NCBI GenBank assembly: GCA_002269645.1
Contig: NIVC01000031.1
Span: 1-64,000, forward strand
Length of the DNA: 64,000 nt
Origin: Macrostomum lignano
Lineage: Eukaryota
Direction of reading: 5' to 3'
Part shown: piece after piece, positions 37,201 to 52,574 of the stretch
Position numbering within the stretch: the first letter of the stretch is position 1
Layout of the letters: every line of letters begins with the position of its first letter
The notes under the pieces: model-generated
Told to the model about the DNA's origin: nothing
The model's input: the letters and a program-made list of their open reading frames with translations, nothing else
Databases searched by the model: none
Position numbers and translations under genes: made by a program

Positions 37201-40200
37201 AGTGTCCTTCTCCTGGCCACTGATCCTTTCAATCTGAGGCTCGATTTTTTGCAGAAATTCGTCCAACTCGCGTAGTGTTACAAGCACCTGCTCAGTCAGG
37301 TAAGACGTGAATTGGTACACCCATTTATTGGCTAGTGTAATCAGCACTTGCTTCAACGGCCGCATGTTGATTAGTAGCCAACCCTGCAGGGTGAAAAAGT
37401 AGAGAAGCACGTGAAAGTTTTAGATAGGATAATCCTGGATAATACTCGTAAATTAACATCGCAACAGAACTTTACCTGATTGCTGCTATCTGGCATCTCC
37501 TGGATTTCCTGTCTAGCCTCCAGGTAGAGTTCGATTTCGTCCTGGAATTCGGCTAGCGACGGCACACAAGTGCCAGCTTGGCCAGACGATTTCGGCGTCA
37601 GGAAGGCTCGCTCGCCAAGCGAGAGCTCGCCGCCTCCAGCTTCGGCGTCCATGTTCTCCTCCTGCTGGGCAGTCAAACGCGATCTCACTGAGCTCGGCCT
37701 CGATCTGGACGTCTGAAATACCGTCGACGAGGCGTTTTGCATCGATCGACTAGGCGTTCGAGCCGGGTTTGGCGATGCTCGACCCTGAAGGAACTGTTGA
37801 AAGGTTTCAGCGATATCCGGCACCCATAGGTAGCGATAGTCGTTCAGGTACTCCACGTACTCGATGCAGTTGGCGGAGTTATTCACCACCGCTTCGAGAA
37901 TCTTAGCGCGAGCGTCGGTAACTTCGACATCGGCTAGGATCTTGTCTAGGAACGGCGCTCGCTCCTCCTTAGTTAGTTGATCATCGTTTTCTGGCAGATC
38001 GGCCAGTAAGTTTGTTAGGAGACCAGCTCGACTCAGGAAGTCAGTAATCCAGCTCTGAGCCATCTCTGTGACGCTGCTCTCGTAGCTGAACTCGTCCAAT
38101 GGCGGTCTGAAGCTGATGCGGCACTGGACCAGGTCAAGTCTGACAGTCAGGATCGGCGCAGTTGGGTTGTGCGGCCCGGTGAGCCCCGCTAGCGCCAGGC
38201 AGTTGGCCATGTTGTCCAGGCTAGTCATGACCGACTCTTTGAGCTGGGCGAACACGATGTCTTCATTGATAACACGAACGTAGGCTAGCCAAACTGGGGA
38301 GGCCTTGCTGATGCTCAACGATTGGAAGCTGGACTCGACTAGCGCGTGGATTCGATTGTTGCTTGGCTGCATTCGAGCCTCCAGACTGTCAGTGAGCTGT
38401 CGGTGCATGAGTTTGAGCTGCTCTGGTTCGTAGCTGACGCCCGGCTCGCGACCCTACAATATGGTCAATGTATTGGAGTTCCGTAGTTGTGTGCTGAACT
38501 CGCATGCAAACAAACACTTTACCTAAGAGTTTTGGCCTTCATGCTCATTACTTTATTTTCAGGCTTTCATTATATTTTATAAATGGCGATTTAATTTTCT
38601 AGCTACCCATCGAAGTCTGAGCCTTACCTGAAAAATATCCAACACTCCGGACGTCCACGCGTCGGCAATTGATCGAATCTCGTCGCAGTTGCTCTTCAAA
38701 GTTCTCAGCGTCTTAGCCAACAGTTCCAGCACCAGAACGTGCGAACGCTCGACAAAGTCAGCCGACTCCTCTAACTTCCAGGTGTACGCGCTGCACCCCT
38801 GTCGGAATAGTTGCTGAGCGTCGAGCACGTGACTCTGGAGCAGGAAGAACTCGGACTCGGTGAGGCTCTGCATGATGCCGTTGTACGTGGCAACGATGGT
38901 GTCCAATCGGGCGGCCAGGGTGCGCAGCTTGTCCAAGTCCGTCAGGCGAGCCAGTCGACGACCAGCCGCGGTCAGGCCGAGGTTGAACGGCTCCCCGGTC
39001 ACGTGACGCATCTCGCGCAACAGTCGCACCAGCCTCGGATCCAAGTTGACCTCGTACTGATCTAGGTCACCAGTCTCCTTGCACACTAGCAGAGAGTTCT
39101 TCATGTAGTCGAACAGAGAGTCGGTGACGCCGTTTTGCCACTCGCTAACCAGTGCAGCCTCCTCGCTAGTCACCTGTTCGAACACCTCGGCGTAAAGGGT
39201 CTTAAGCTGGTAGCCCAGCTCGCCAGTAAGCATGTGCGGCGACACCTTGTGAATTTTGAGCCACGGCTGCTCCAGACGCTGTCGTAGGCCGCGCAACCAG
39301 TACAGCGTCGAGACGAACCGCGGCATGTGTCGGATCGGCGGTGGGTTAGCGCGCTGACTGCGGAAGATCTCCTGCACCACCATCAGATCGTCAATAAAAC
39401 TCTTCACTATTAGCTCGTCCTTGTCTTTGAGAACCTCCTGGTAAAAGGTAAAAGTAGGAAATGTGGACTTTAACAAAATTTTTAATAAGTTGAAAAGTTG
39501 AAAGTGTATCGCACAAAAGTGAGTTCACAGATGGAGACCAGTTGAAAACGAGCTCAGGATCTCAGAACTCAGATCTTGACATGTATCTTAAGTCGTTAAT
39601 ATCGTTTTAGCCACACATTAAGAATTGCTCTCACAACCGCTGGGGTCTGCTCACCTACCTGTACAATTTCTCGTCCGCTGATGCCCTCGAAGACCTCCAG
39701 TAGTCGTAGCTGAGCCAGCACTGTTGGGCACTGTTGCAGACTTTGGCTAAGAATTTTGGCCAGACAACGTTCGAGTTCCTGTAAGATTTGAATGATATTT
39801 GACATAAATTTAAAGCTTTGAGATAAATTATTTGGATCCTGAAAATATATATAAATTTGTACTGTAAAATATTAGTACTTTTGAGTCAGTAAATAAAAAA
39901 ATGCGTTTAGTAACTGTTTTGTTAGTAATATCTTGAAAATTCGCGTGCATTCAAATTTGACTTCGGTGGAACGTTTTTTTACATGAAATCGTACTTAATT
40001 TGGTACATGAAAATTCTTTTTTTAATTTTGACATCTATGGATGCCTGTAATTCAAACGGGGAATTTAATAATAATGGTTGTTAGTACTGCAAAGGACTTA
40101 CAGTACGGCAACGGGAAGTGTCTGGCTCAAGGACCCCCGACGAACCCCCGACCTTCAAGTGGCGAGCCTGACGTGGCTAGAACCACGTAAGACACAGAGT

Positions 40201-43200
40201 ATATTTCAACCCCGCTAATAGGAAATGGCAATAAAAATTGAAAAGCTAAAGTCTAATTCCTGACATCGTAGTGATGATTTATTTAGTAGCTAGTAAACAC
40301 TGACGCAAAACAGGAATTTTCTGGCGGATTTTAGTACAACAAATTCATTTTAAAAGTCAAACCTACTCCTTCGGTATATTTTCCACCGTCCTGAAAATGC
40401 AGTTTTTATATAGTTTTTCTCGTAGATTTTAAAAAAAATGCTATTAGATTCTGTTTACTGGCATACTACTGATCAGTCAGTAGCCCTGTTGTGCGTTTTG
40501 TGTGCGATTTTGTGATTTAAGTATCAATTGTGTGATGTGAATTGGCAACCGATTTCATAGGTAAATTATTTCTTCAAGCGACCATAACATTTATTCAAGA
40601 GCTATCATTCCTAGCAGTATGCCGTGACAATAAATACAGCGACAGTGACAAAAGTACAATTTGACAGATATCATATAAGTGCAATTACAATTTTGCAATA
40701 TTTCCAAGTCCTTGCGTATAAAATATTGCATCTAAATAACTTACTTTTTGCAAAGTTGAAGACTTACCAACAGGTTATACAGATAATTGCAGACCTAAGT
40801 TGTCTTTGTTATGTTTATAGTAGAAGATTTATTAGATTAGATTTCTGCGATAGTTAGGAATCTTTAGGAATGAAGAGTATGCACAGGCTTCTGCCAGAGT
40901 CTCATGGGGGCTGCTCGTGTGTGCATTTTATATCTTTAAAACTCTGTATTTGAAATGCGTGCACACTCACACACTGTAGTTACTTTCAGAATTACTTCCA
41001 ATGCAAGGGCGTAGCCATGGAAACGTTTATTCAATGGGCTGCGCTTTACAGCGTCTCCTCTTTGTTCGTGTTGAGGCGCCAGCACCAGAGGCGCCAGCAC
41101 CAGAGGCGCCAGCACCAGAGGCGCCAGCACCAGAGGCGCCAGCACCAGAGGCGCCAGCACCAGAGGCGCCAGCACCAGAGGCGCCAGCACCAGAGGCGCC
41201 AGCACCAGAGGCGCCAGCACCAGAGGCGCCAGCACCAGAGGCGCCAGCACCAGAGGCGCCAGCACCAGAGGCGCCAGCACCAGCGCCAGCACCAGAGGCG
41301 CCAGCACCAGAGGCGCCAGCACCAGAGGCGCCAGCACCAGAGGCGCCAGCACCAGAGGCGCCAGCACCAGCAAACGCCAGCACCAGAAGCGCCCAAAGCT
41401 ACTGCAACCAGACTGTAGCTGGAGACCCCTTCTGCACCAAGGCAGCCTGTCGCCAGCACCAGAAGCACCAGAGGCGCCATCGAGGCGCCATACTGCAAAA
41501 CTGTACTGGATGACATGCGAGCACAGATTAGTGCCAGCACTCACCCGAACCACCGTCCGAAAATCGAAAAACGCTCTCTCAAACTCTTTCGGCCGGTTCA
41601 AGTCGAGCACGTTAGTGACCTGCTCAAAGAAGTCGCTCATGGCTGAGCTGTATTTCTCGTGTATCTCTCGAACGATCGCGTCCAATGACTGACTGCCGGC
41701 GCCGCCGATCTCTGCAGCATCGGCCAGAAGGCGAAAGTGTTGCGTTGTCTGCACCAGCTCCAGACAGTCTGTGCAGCGCTCCATGAAGGCGTTGAACAGG
41801 GCGAAGCACGGGGCATTCCTAGCTGGCCAGGGACTGTCCAGCAGCACCGGGTCAACCTGATACTCCGGGTCGTTCAAGTACTCCGACCGTTTCAGTCCGT
41901 GCTTGAAATTGTACTTGTGCGGTCCGTACATCCGAACTGACCAAATCTCCGGCTTTGGCATGTGATTGCTGCAGGTTAAAGTTGAGCATTGGGCATTGGA
42001 TAAGATTGTTAAATCAATAAATCGACAGATTAGAAGTCAAGGCTGGGAAAACCTTCGCCAGCTAAATTGGAACAGGTTATGAATGGGATGTAGGTTAAGG
42101 ATGCATCAAATTGCAGGCACTTAAAAGAAAACTGAATCAAATTTGATGTGCACAGAGAGTACAAAATTTAATTAGTTCACACAAAAATTCATGCACGTGT
42201 TTTCTAAGTTCTTAATTTCATGTAATTTGATGCAACCTCATGTAGGTACTATGAGTAGTACATGCAAAGGCAAATCTGTTAAATTAGTAGCTTAAATAGA
42301 GGGGTGTCTACTGTCTATAAGTTTGAGAAAGTTGTAAACAAAAATTAAACAGGCAAAATAAAAACAAAATGAACTTTCTAATAAACAAACAAAAATTCTC
42401 AGCATCTTTTGACTGAACTTCGGTTTCTCCTTACGCGAATGCATGGTATGAAGACTTGTAGGTTGGATCATTTTTCCTGTAGATAAAAATAGAAATATCA
42501 AGAACTGTTGTTGCGCGGCAGACTGCTAAGTGGCTGACGCTCGCTACAGAGTCAACCCCGGGGTTCGAATAAGTCAAGTATGAGATTAGTCTATGAGCGT
42601 CAAGCATGAGATTAGTCTATGAGCGTCAAGCATGAGATTAGTCTATGAGCGTCAAGCATGAGATTAGCCTATGAGCATCAAGCATGAGATTAGTCTATGA
42701 GCATCAAGCATGAGATTAGTCTAAGCCTTATAGTCTAAGCCTTCTTGAGCGGGAGATCAGTCTGAAAAAGCAAGCATGAGATGTCATGAATCAAGCGAGA
42801 TTTCTATGACGTCAAGATTGTCAGAATCAAGCATGAGATTTCTCTCCATTTGTCGGCCACATTTTCTATGAGCCTCGAGCGTCCGTTAGGCCCTGTGGCG
42901 CCAGAACGAGATGTCTGAGCGCATGAGATTAGTCTGAGCGTCTGCAGAGATCTTGAGCTCAGCATGAGATCTTGAGTCAAGCATGAGATTAGTCTTGCCA
43001 AGATGATTAGTCTATGAGCCAAGCATGGATTAGGAGGCAGAGATTGCAAGCCCGGTTCCGTCTGAGATTAGCCTTTCTTGAGTGCTGATTATCTTAGAGC
43101 GTAGCGTCAAGCATGAGATTAGTCTATGAGCGTCAAGCATGAGATTAGTCTATGAGCGCCAAACATGAGATTAGTCTATGAGCATCAAGCATGAGATTAG

Positions 43201-45275
43201 TCTATGAGCATCAAGCATGAGATTAGTCTATGAGCATCAAGCAGATTCTCGCCTTATAGTTATGACCTTTTTGGATCAAACCTGAAAAAGCAACGATGCA
43301 TAGAGAACTCTCAGATGGCTCACATTTTCTCCAAATTGTCGGCCACATTTTTCTTATTGATGGCGTCGGCCTCCTCGCGGCAGTCCACGTAGGCGCCTTT
43401 GAATGCGGCCCAGAACTTCTGAACGTCTTTCAGCTTGTGAAACGACTGCAGTCGGATCTTTCAGTACGTCCTTGCCAACGTAGTCGATGGCTAGATGGAC
43501 AACTTCGTTAGCCAGCAGTTGGAGCATGATGTCACAGGTGCCGGCTCTGGAGAAGGGGAAGGAAGGCTTGGTGCTGGATTATTCTGCTTACGAATTCCCG
43601 GATTCCCTTAGTGATTCCCTTGGATTCCCGAGATTCCCTTGAGTATTCCCTTTAGATTCCCAATACTTGCAGCAGATACCCTTGGATTCCCTTAAGATAC
43701 CTTGGATTCCCTTAGAGATTCCCACTTGCGGTTACCCTTAGAGATCGCAAGTTTCGATTTCCTTTGAGATTCCCTATTCTTACGGAGCTATTCTTAGATT
43801 CCTTTGGAGATTCCCCTTGGATTCCCTTATAGATTCCCCTGGATGTTTGGAGATTCCTTAGGATTCCCTTGGAGTTTCCCTTGGATTGGAGATTCCCTAG
43901 ATTATAGATTCCCCTTGGATTCCTTAGAGATTCCCTTGCATCGTAGATTTGGATTTAGATTACCTTTTCCCTTTGACTTCCCCTTGGATTTAACTAGAGA
44001 TTCTTGTTGGATTCCTTTAGTTCCCTTAGCATTCCCTTAGAGAAAATCTCTTATTCCCTTAGAGATTCCAACAGATTCCCTTGTAGTTCCCTTAGAGATT
44101 CACCCGAATCTGCTTCATCCAGATACCACGGTAGTCTTCTAAGATTCCCACGGCCAGCCCTGGATTCGCCCTGGTCACTTAGGATTTCAACGACAGCACA
44201 GTTCGCCCTGCGAGGTATCAGAGTTCCCCTGAATTCTTAGCTCTGTGGATTCGCCTGAAGAACGACAGTTTGACGCCCCTGCGGCGGCTGCTCGGCATTG
44301 CTCGGCCTCGCTAGATGCGTGTACGAAGACCCGTGGCGAGGTCACCTGCGGCGGCAGCTGTGATTGCGCACAGCAGCAGGAAGATACGCAGTAGCATCGA
44401 TGGCCTCGTCAGCGTGAGCCTCCCTGCTGTGGCCTCTGAGAGGTTTTGAGTATGTTTGAGCATGTCTGCGTCAGTCGATTTCAAAATCATGCTGAACAGC
44501 AGCGTAGGGGCTGGCCGCGAACACCCCTCCAACCAGTGCCCCCACAAAATAAGAGTCAGGGGCACCCACAAAGAGACAGGGGCACCCACCAAGAGACAGG
44601 GACGCCCACCAAGAGACAGGGACGCCCACTAAGAGACAGGGGCGCCCACCAAGAGACAGGGGTGCCCACCAAGAGACAGGGGCGCCCACCAAGAGACAGG
44701 AGCGCCCACCAAGAGACAGGGGCGCCCACCAAGAGACAGGGGCACCCACCAAGAGACAGGGGCGCCCACCAAGGGACAGGGGCTCCCACTAAAAGACTTT
44801 GGTCGATTCTCACATAGAACCCCTCTTTGATTTCCCTCTGTAGTTCACATAAAATAAAAATTTTGTGTTGAAATAATCCCAAAATAGATGCATCGAAGGT
44901 TGCATATTTCACGTACTGATATTTTCTGGCGTTATTTTAATAGGACTCTTCTTGAGGAAGAAGACAGATTTCCCTTGGAAATCGTACGGTGGATACAGGG
45001 ACACCTGCAAAGCTCCGTTGCGTCTGTAGGCGTACAGCTTCTTGACGTCCTCATTGTCGATGAACTCGTAAAATGCGAGTCTAAAATAATATTGGATATA
45101 AAAGTTTCAGTACTATATAAGCATCAGCATTATCAGCAGTGACTTAATTAGATGGCAAAAATGCGCAAACATTCTTACTTGTATTCATCTTGTTCAATGA
45201 GATTTTTTGTTTCTGGATAGTTGCTTGCACCGCGAACTCCAATTTTCTTTCGAACCATTTCACACACTCATCCAT
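13522..45275 (-). CDS. Giant divergent axonemal-type dynein heavy chain-like protein (multi-exon), AAA1-degenerate
   Basis: Exons traced by GT-AG and phase (5' to 3'): 45179-45275, 44917-45080, [garbled ~44100-44450], 43324-43546, 41545-41968, 39659-39778, 38628-39437, 37476-38453, 36363-37383, 36032-36204, 35629-35679, 34745-35201, 32815-34403, 31827-32730, 29443-31706, 28233-28484, 27501-27725, 26603-26845, 24973-~25175, 22914-24895, 22674-22836, 22431-22582, 21465-22226, 20741-21358, 20091-20521, 19281-19954, 17690-19020, 17465-17579, 16495-17185, 13522-16253 (~19.8 kb CDS). Motifs: DHC_N1-like tail, RAKFPRFNFLSAEDL (DHC_N2), YGWEYIG, GPSGVGKT, GPRGCGKS, FVDDLN, RSHYVFSLRTLSTVF, MTBD-like helices, ECEIY...RGFFILDP C-terminal domain. 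Confidence 0.92.
13720..14390 (-). repeat. Coding 24-bp tandem repeat (EKPAED(T/I)T)n, ~27 units
   Basis: Visible periodicity in DNA and protein. Confidence 0.9.
14600..15850 (-). repeat. Coding 30-bp tandem repeat (SEPAEKTADD)n, ~40 units with higher-order blocks
   Basis: Unit GAATCATCAGCTGTCTTCTCAGCAGGTTCT on the + strand; the block ESSENTDDESEHAEKTIDDSEAAEKTTDD occurs three times. Confidence 0.9.
22914..24895 (-). CDS. Dynein-like exon: end of AAA4, stalk coiled coils and microtubule-binding domain
   Basis: GVRRNFRICL, FPVLISTINFIWLQHW, then DKDSLAQLRAEQKPTPEMQQLMEAVILAL...TWQKGAKRQMANIDRFLEELQRF...ACQSLAKWIGGVARY (MTBD pattern), and AAGLVTYLGRFQQEFRQ. Confidence 0.9.
28261..29673. repeat. 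Near-identical tandem duplication (~703 bp x2) inside the dynein-like gene
   Basis: 28261-28963 matches 28973-29673; 9-bp linker CGCCTGGCG; a 2-nt difference near 29000. Confidence 0.95.
29443..31706 (-). CDS. Dynein-like exon: AAA2 and AAA3
   Basis: Walker A GPSGVGKT (31054-31077) and GPRGCGKS (30025-30048); Walker B-type LRLDG and FVDDLN. Confidence 0.92.
31827..32730 (-). CDS. Dynein-like exon: degenerate AAA1
   Basis: YGWEYIGSAER...NLAVAAGRPLYCVACSPEL...FEGLTTADGIWLCLRSVDSL aligns by eye with canonical YGYEYLG...GPAGTGKT...LGxxxYVFNCS...GLAQTGAWGCFDEFNRI, but GKT and DE are absent. Confidence 0.85.
32815..34403 (-). CDS. Dynein-like exon: linker (DHC_N2) with a large acidic insertion
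   Basis: RAKFPRFNFLSAEDL, HIGKLFENV, GIRSRLGEELPL, WLGDL. Confidence 0.88.
36363..37383 (-). CDS. Dynein-like exon: tail/neck (outer-arm beta-like)
   Basis: GWLLINMRPLKQVLITLANKWVYQFTSYL...AMKPRHWKQLVRLTG...TLGELLKLGL. Confidence 0.9.
38628..39437 (-). CDS. Dynein-like exon: DHC_N1 tail
   Basis: HMPRFVSTLYWLRGLRQRL, YEVNLDPRLVRLLREMRH. Confidence 0.88.
40080..40195 (-). mobile_element. tRNA-derived SINE-like fragment (intronic)
   Basis: Minus strand GTGGTTCTAGC...GGGGGTTCG followed by TCCTTGAGCCAGACACTT, resembling a SINE head plus core. A similar head ending in a B-box GGTTCGAAT lies at 42514-42570 (+). Confidence 0.4.
41074..41400. repeat. Intronic 15-bp tandem repeat (GAGGCGCCAGCACCA) x ~21
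   Basis: Direct inspection; lies beyond the donor at 41544. Confidence 0.95.
42575..43245. repeat. 26-bp minisatellite (CATGAGATTAGTCTATGAGC(G/A)TCAAG), two clean arrays around a garbled middle
   Basis: Direct inspection. Confidence 0.85.
43590..44100. repeat. Degenerate GATTCCCTT(A/G) low-complexity repeat
   Basis: Direct inspection. Confidence 0.75.
44557..44792. repeat. 20-bp minisatellite (GGGCGCCCACCAAGAGACAG) x ~12
   Basis: Exact 20-bp period. Confidence 0.95.
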
Positions 45276-46292
45276 CTGGAATTAATATTGGAATTTCTTA
45301 TAAGTTTGATATGCATTATGATAACAAGCGAAGTCACATGGATACAATACTATATGTTATATGAAACTATTCTAAACAGCTTTCTTTACTTATTTTTTTC
45401 TTCATTTTGAAATTACGTGGTCTTTTGCTAGATTGAGTAAATTGCAACAATTATGGCATCTAATATCTGAAATTTCCATATTACATATTCAAATTAAGAC
45501 TTCATGACAATCTTATAAAAACCAAAAATTTAATCTGATAGTTCTCTGAATATGTGGGAGTAAAGAACTAACTTTATTCGTCTACAATTTTTTTAGGTGT
45601 CATGCCTAAAACACTTTCCAGGAAGTTTATATTAAGAATAAATAATTGAAAAAAACTTTATACTTATAAAAAGTCGTTTGACAAAAGCAAGATAAAATAT
45701 AATCTAAAAAGTAATGCCTACAATTACAAGTCTATAATCTAAATAGGCGACCTGAAAACCGAGTACAATCAGACAAACTTTTGTGAAAGTAGAAGATATC
45801 TGGCCCGGTTAAATAGATCCCATTTTGCAAATGACAAACAACATGAGCTCGAGTTTCAAGTCTTTGAAAAAATGTAACTATAACTTGCTAATGTTAAATC
45901 TGCGCGAATCTGTTTTGCTAAGGAGCCACGGTTGTAAAACAAAAAGGAAACTAAAAACTCAAGTATCTGGCGTTAAATTACAAAATTTTAAGTAAAGGCT
46001 AGATAAATAGCAGATAATTATTTTTTTAAATTAATAAAATGTAAACATGAAAATAAAACTATTTTCCGCTTTCAACTTGTGCAGATTCTAAGAAAATGCT
46101 TTCTGCAGTACATATTTTGTAAGCCTCCTGTAGGCATTTTAACGAAATTTGTAGTATTTTTTGTCTTTCGTATTCTGTAAGACAATGCTAATAAATACTA
46201 GGTTCGAGGTAAGGTACATCGTTTGAGCAAAGCCAGGAAAACGAAAGCAAAAACGAACATTCGCATTTTTCTTTAATTATACCAAATTACAA

Positions 46293-46350
46293 TTTATTAA
46301 TCTTCGCGCGACATGTTTCGCCGAACAATCGGCATCTTCAGGCAATAATA
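46293..46350 (-). ncRNA. Minimal type-I hammerhead ribozyme motif (canonical core), probable Penelope-like element remnant
   Basis: Minus strand: UUAUUGC-CUGAAGA-U-GCCGA(UUGU)UCGGC-GAAAC-AU-GUC-GCG..AAUAA. Core CUGANGA and GAAA, 5-bp stem II, palindromic ACAUGU stem III, GUC triplet (cleavage between 46310 and 46309). Confidence 0.75.
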
Positions 46351-47251
46351 TAAATGCAGAGAGATGGTAGCCTACAGGAGCTATTGCTAAATTTTTGTAG
46401 TCTAGTAAGCCAAAATGATGCAAGTATAGCAGAGTTAGATGGCCCTAAATAATAGGTTATAGTTTACTTTGTTTATAAACTATAACTAATACTTGGTTAT
46501 AATTTATATAAAATATTTTTCTTTATAAATTAGCTCGTACTCGTAGGCGTCGTCGCTCGTAATTTCTGAAACTTCCAAAGTAAATTAATACAGCTTTTTA
46601 TTAAACATTATAATGCAAATTTGCAACTAAACAAAATACTTCATATGCAGTTTTTTAAAAATTGAGATACAAATTGCATCCCAGTTGATAGGCCTACTAA
46701 TGCAATTTTTAAATAAATATAATACAATTAAGAATGTATTGTTTAAAAAAACTATTTTATTAGAAAGCAGTTAGTTTTCTATCAGATTTGTTTAATGGAC
46801 AAAGAAAAAAGAGAGAGAAGAGAGGAAGAGTGAGAGTCAGAGAGAAGAGGAAAAATAAAAAGAGATGGGAGAAAAAAGGACAAGAGAAAGAAAAGCCAAG
46901 ATAAGGGAAAGGAAAAAAGAAGCAAAGAGAGATAAGACATAAACCTTGACAAGGCCAGATTTCTATTATAAAGTTTCAAATGACTTAAGGACCATATAGA
47001 GAGGCTTTGTGGGCTGAATGCAACCTATAGGCTAGAGCTAGCTAACCCTTGATTGGCTTGAACTTAAATGATTTATTTTTATTGACCTAGATTATTCAAA
47101 ATCTTAATTCCTTTATAACTAGAATATTACTTATACTTGATATTTAATAAATGTTTAGTTCTAATTAAAAATTCATTTACTCTAATCTGACAAAAAATTC
47201 ATGCCAATTGTTTGCATATCAAGATTGTAAAAAGTCTTTTTCGAAAAAAAC

Positions 47252-51956
<4,705 letters not shown>

Positions 51957-52574
51957 TCAGCAACGTGATTGATTGGTTGATTTTTTTGAAAACCATGAAG
52001 CTTCAAAATTTTTAGTTTTTGTGTTTTAAACTTTGTTATTCTGTTGTAATTTTTTTCAAACAAACAACACTGCCAGTCCACTACGTACTGCAATAAGTTT
52101 AATATTTGTTTATTGGTCTTGTCATTTCTTAGAAATTGAAGTTTTTCGTTTTTTTCTTTAAATTTGCACCATTAAGTAGTCGTAGAATAAATTAGTTAAT
52201 TAGTTATTATAAATCTAACGCAATTAAATTAGGCTTTGGTAGATGTTCAAAACTTTTTTTCCGCTCATTAATTACTAGAATGCATGATTTTCACGACGCT
52301 ATATCCCATTCATCTTGCAACACCGTAGCTTACAATTCTTGTCTCATTCTACGAGCTAATTTAGAAATTTCGCCAACAATTCTTTTCTGCAATCATAAAA
52401 ACTACTTTAAAGAAAATTAATTACAAAGAAGCTTTCAAATCATTCCTAATTATTTTCCAAGCGTCTTAGTTAAACTTAGCACCCGATTAATGCGCATATT
52501 TCTAATTAGCTTTAACAACTTTTGTTTTTTGTATCTGATTGTGCGTAAAAGAAGTGTAGGCTGTACCAAAGTAG

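Noticed and set aside
40936-41544. APEAP / LVLAP / RRQHQ repeat ORFs
   Set aside because: They arise from an intronic 15-bp minisatellite open in several frames; the real exon ends at the GTGAGT donor at 41544.
42514-42575. Functional tRNA gene
   Set aside because: A- and B-box-like motifs are present but no complete cloverleaf can be built; treated as a SINE-like head.
44311-44450. Apparent signal peptide MLLRIFLLLCAITAAAAG suggesting a nested secreted-protein gene
   Set aside because: It sits where a dynein exon is expected and is better explained as an indel-garbled IFLPLVRN-type dynein segment in a low-quality zone.
42575-44792. CRISPR-like arrays (26-bp and 20-bp repeats; also the 25-bp array at 63170-64000)
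   Set aside because: Head-to-tail units with no unique spacers, eukaryotic intronic context, no cas genes.
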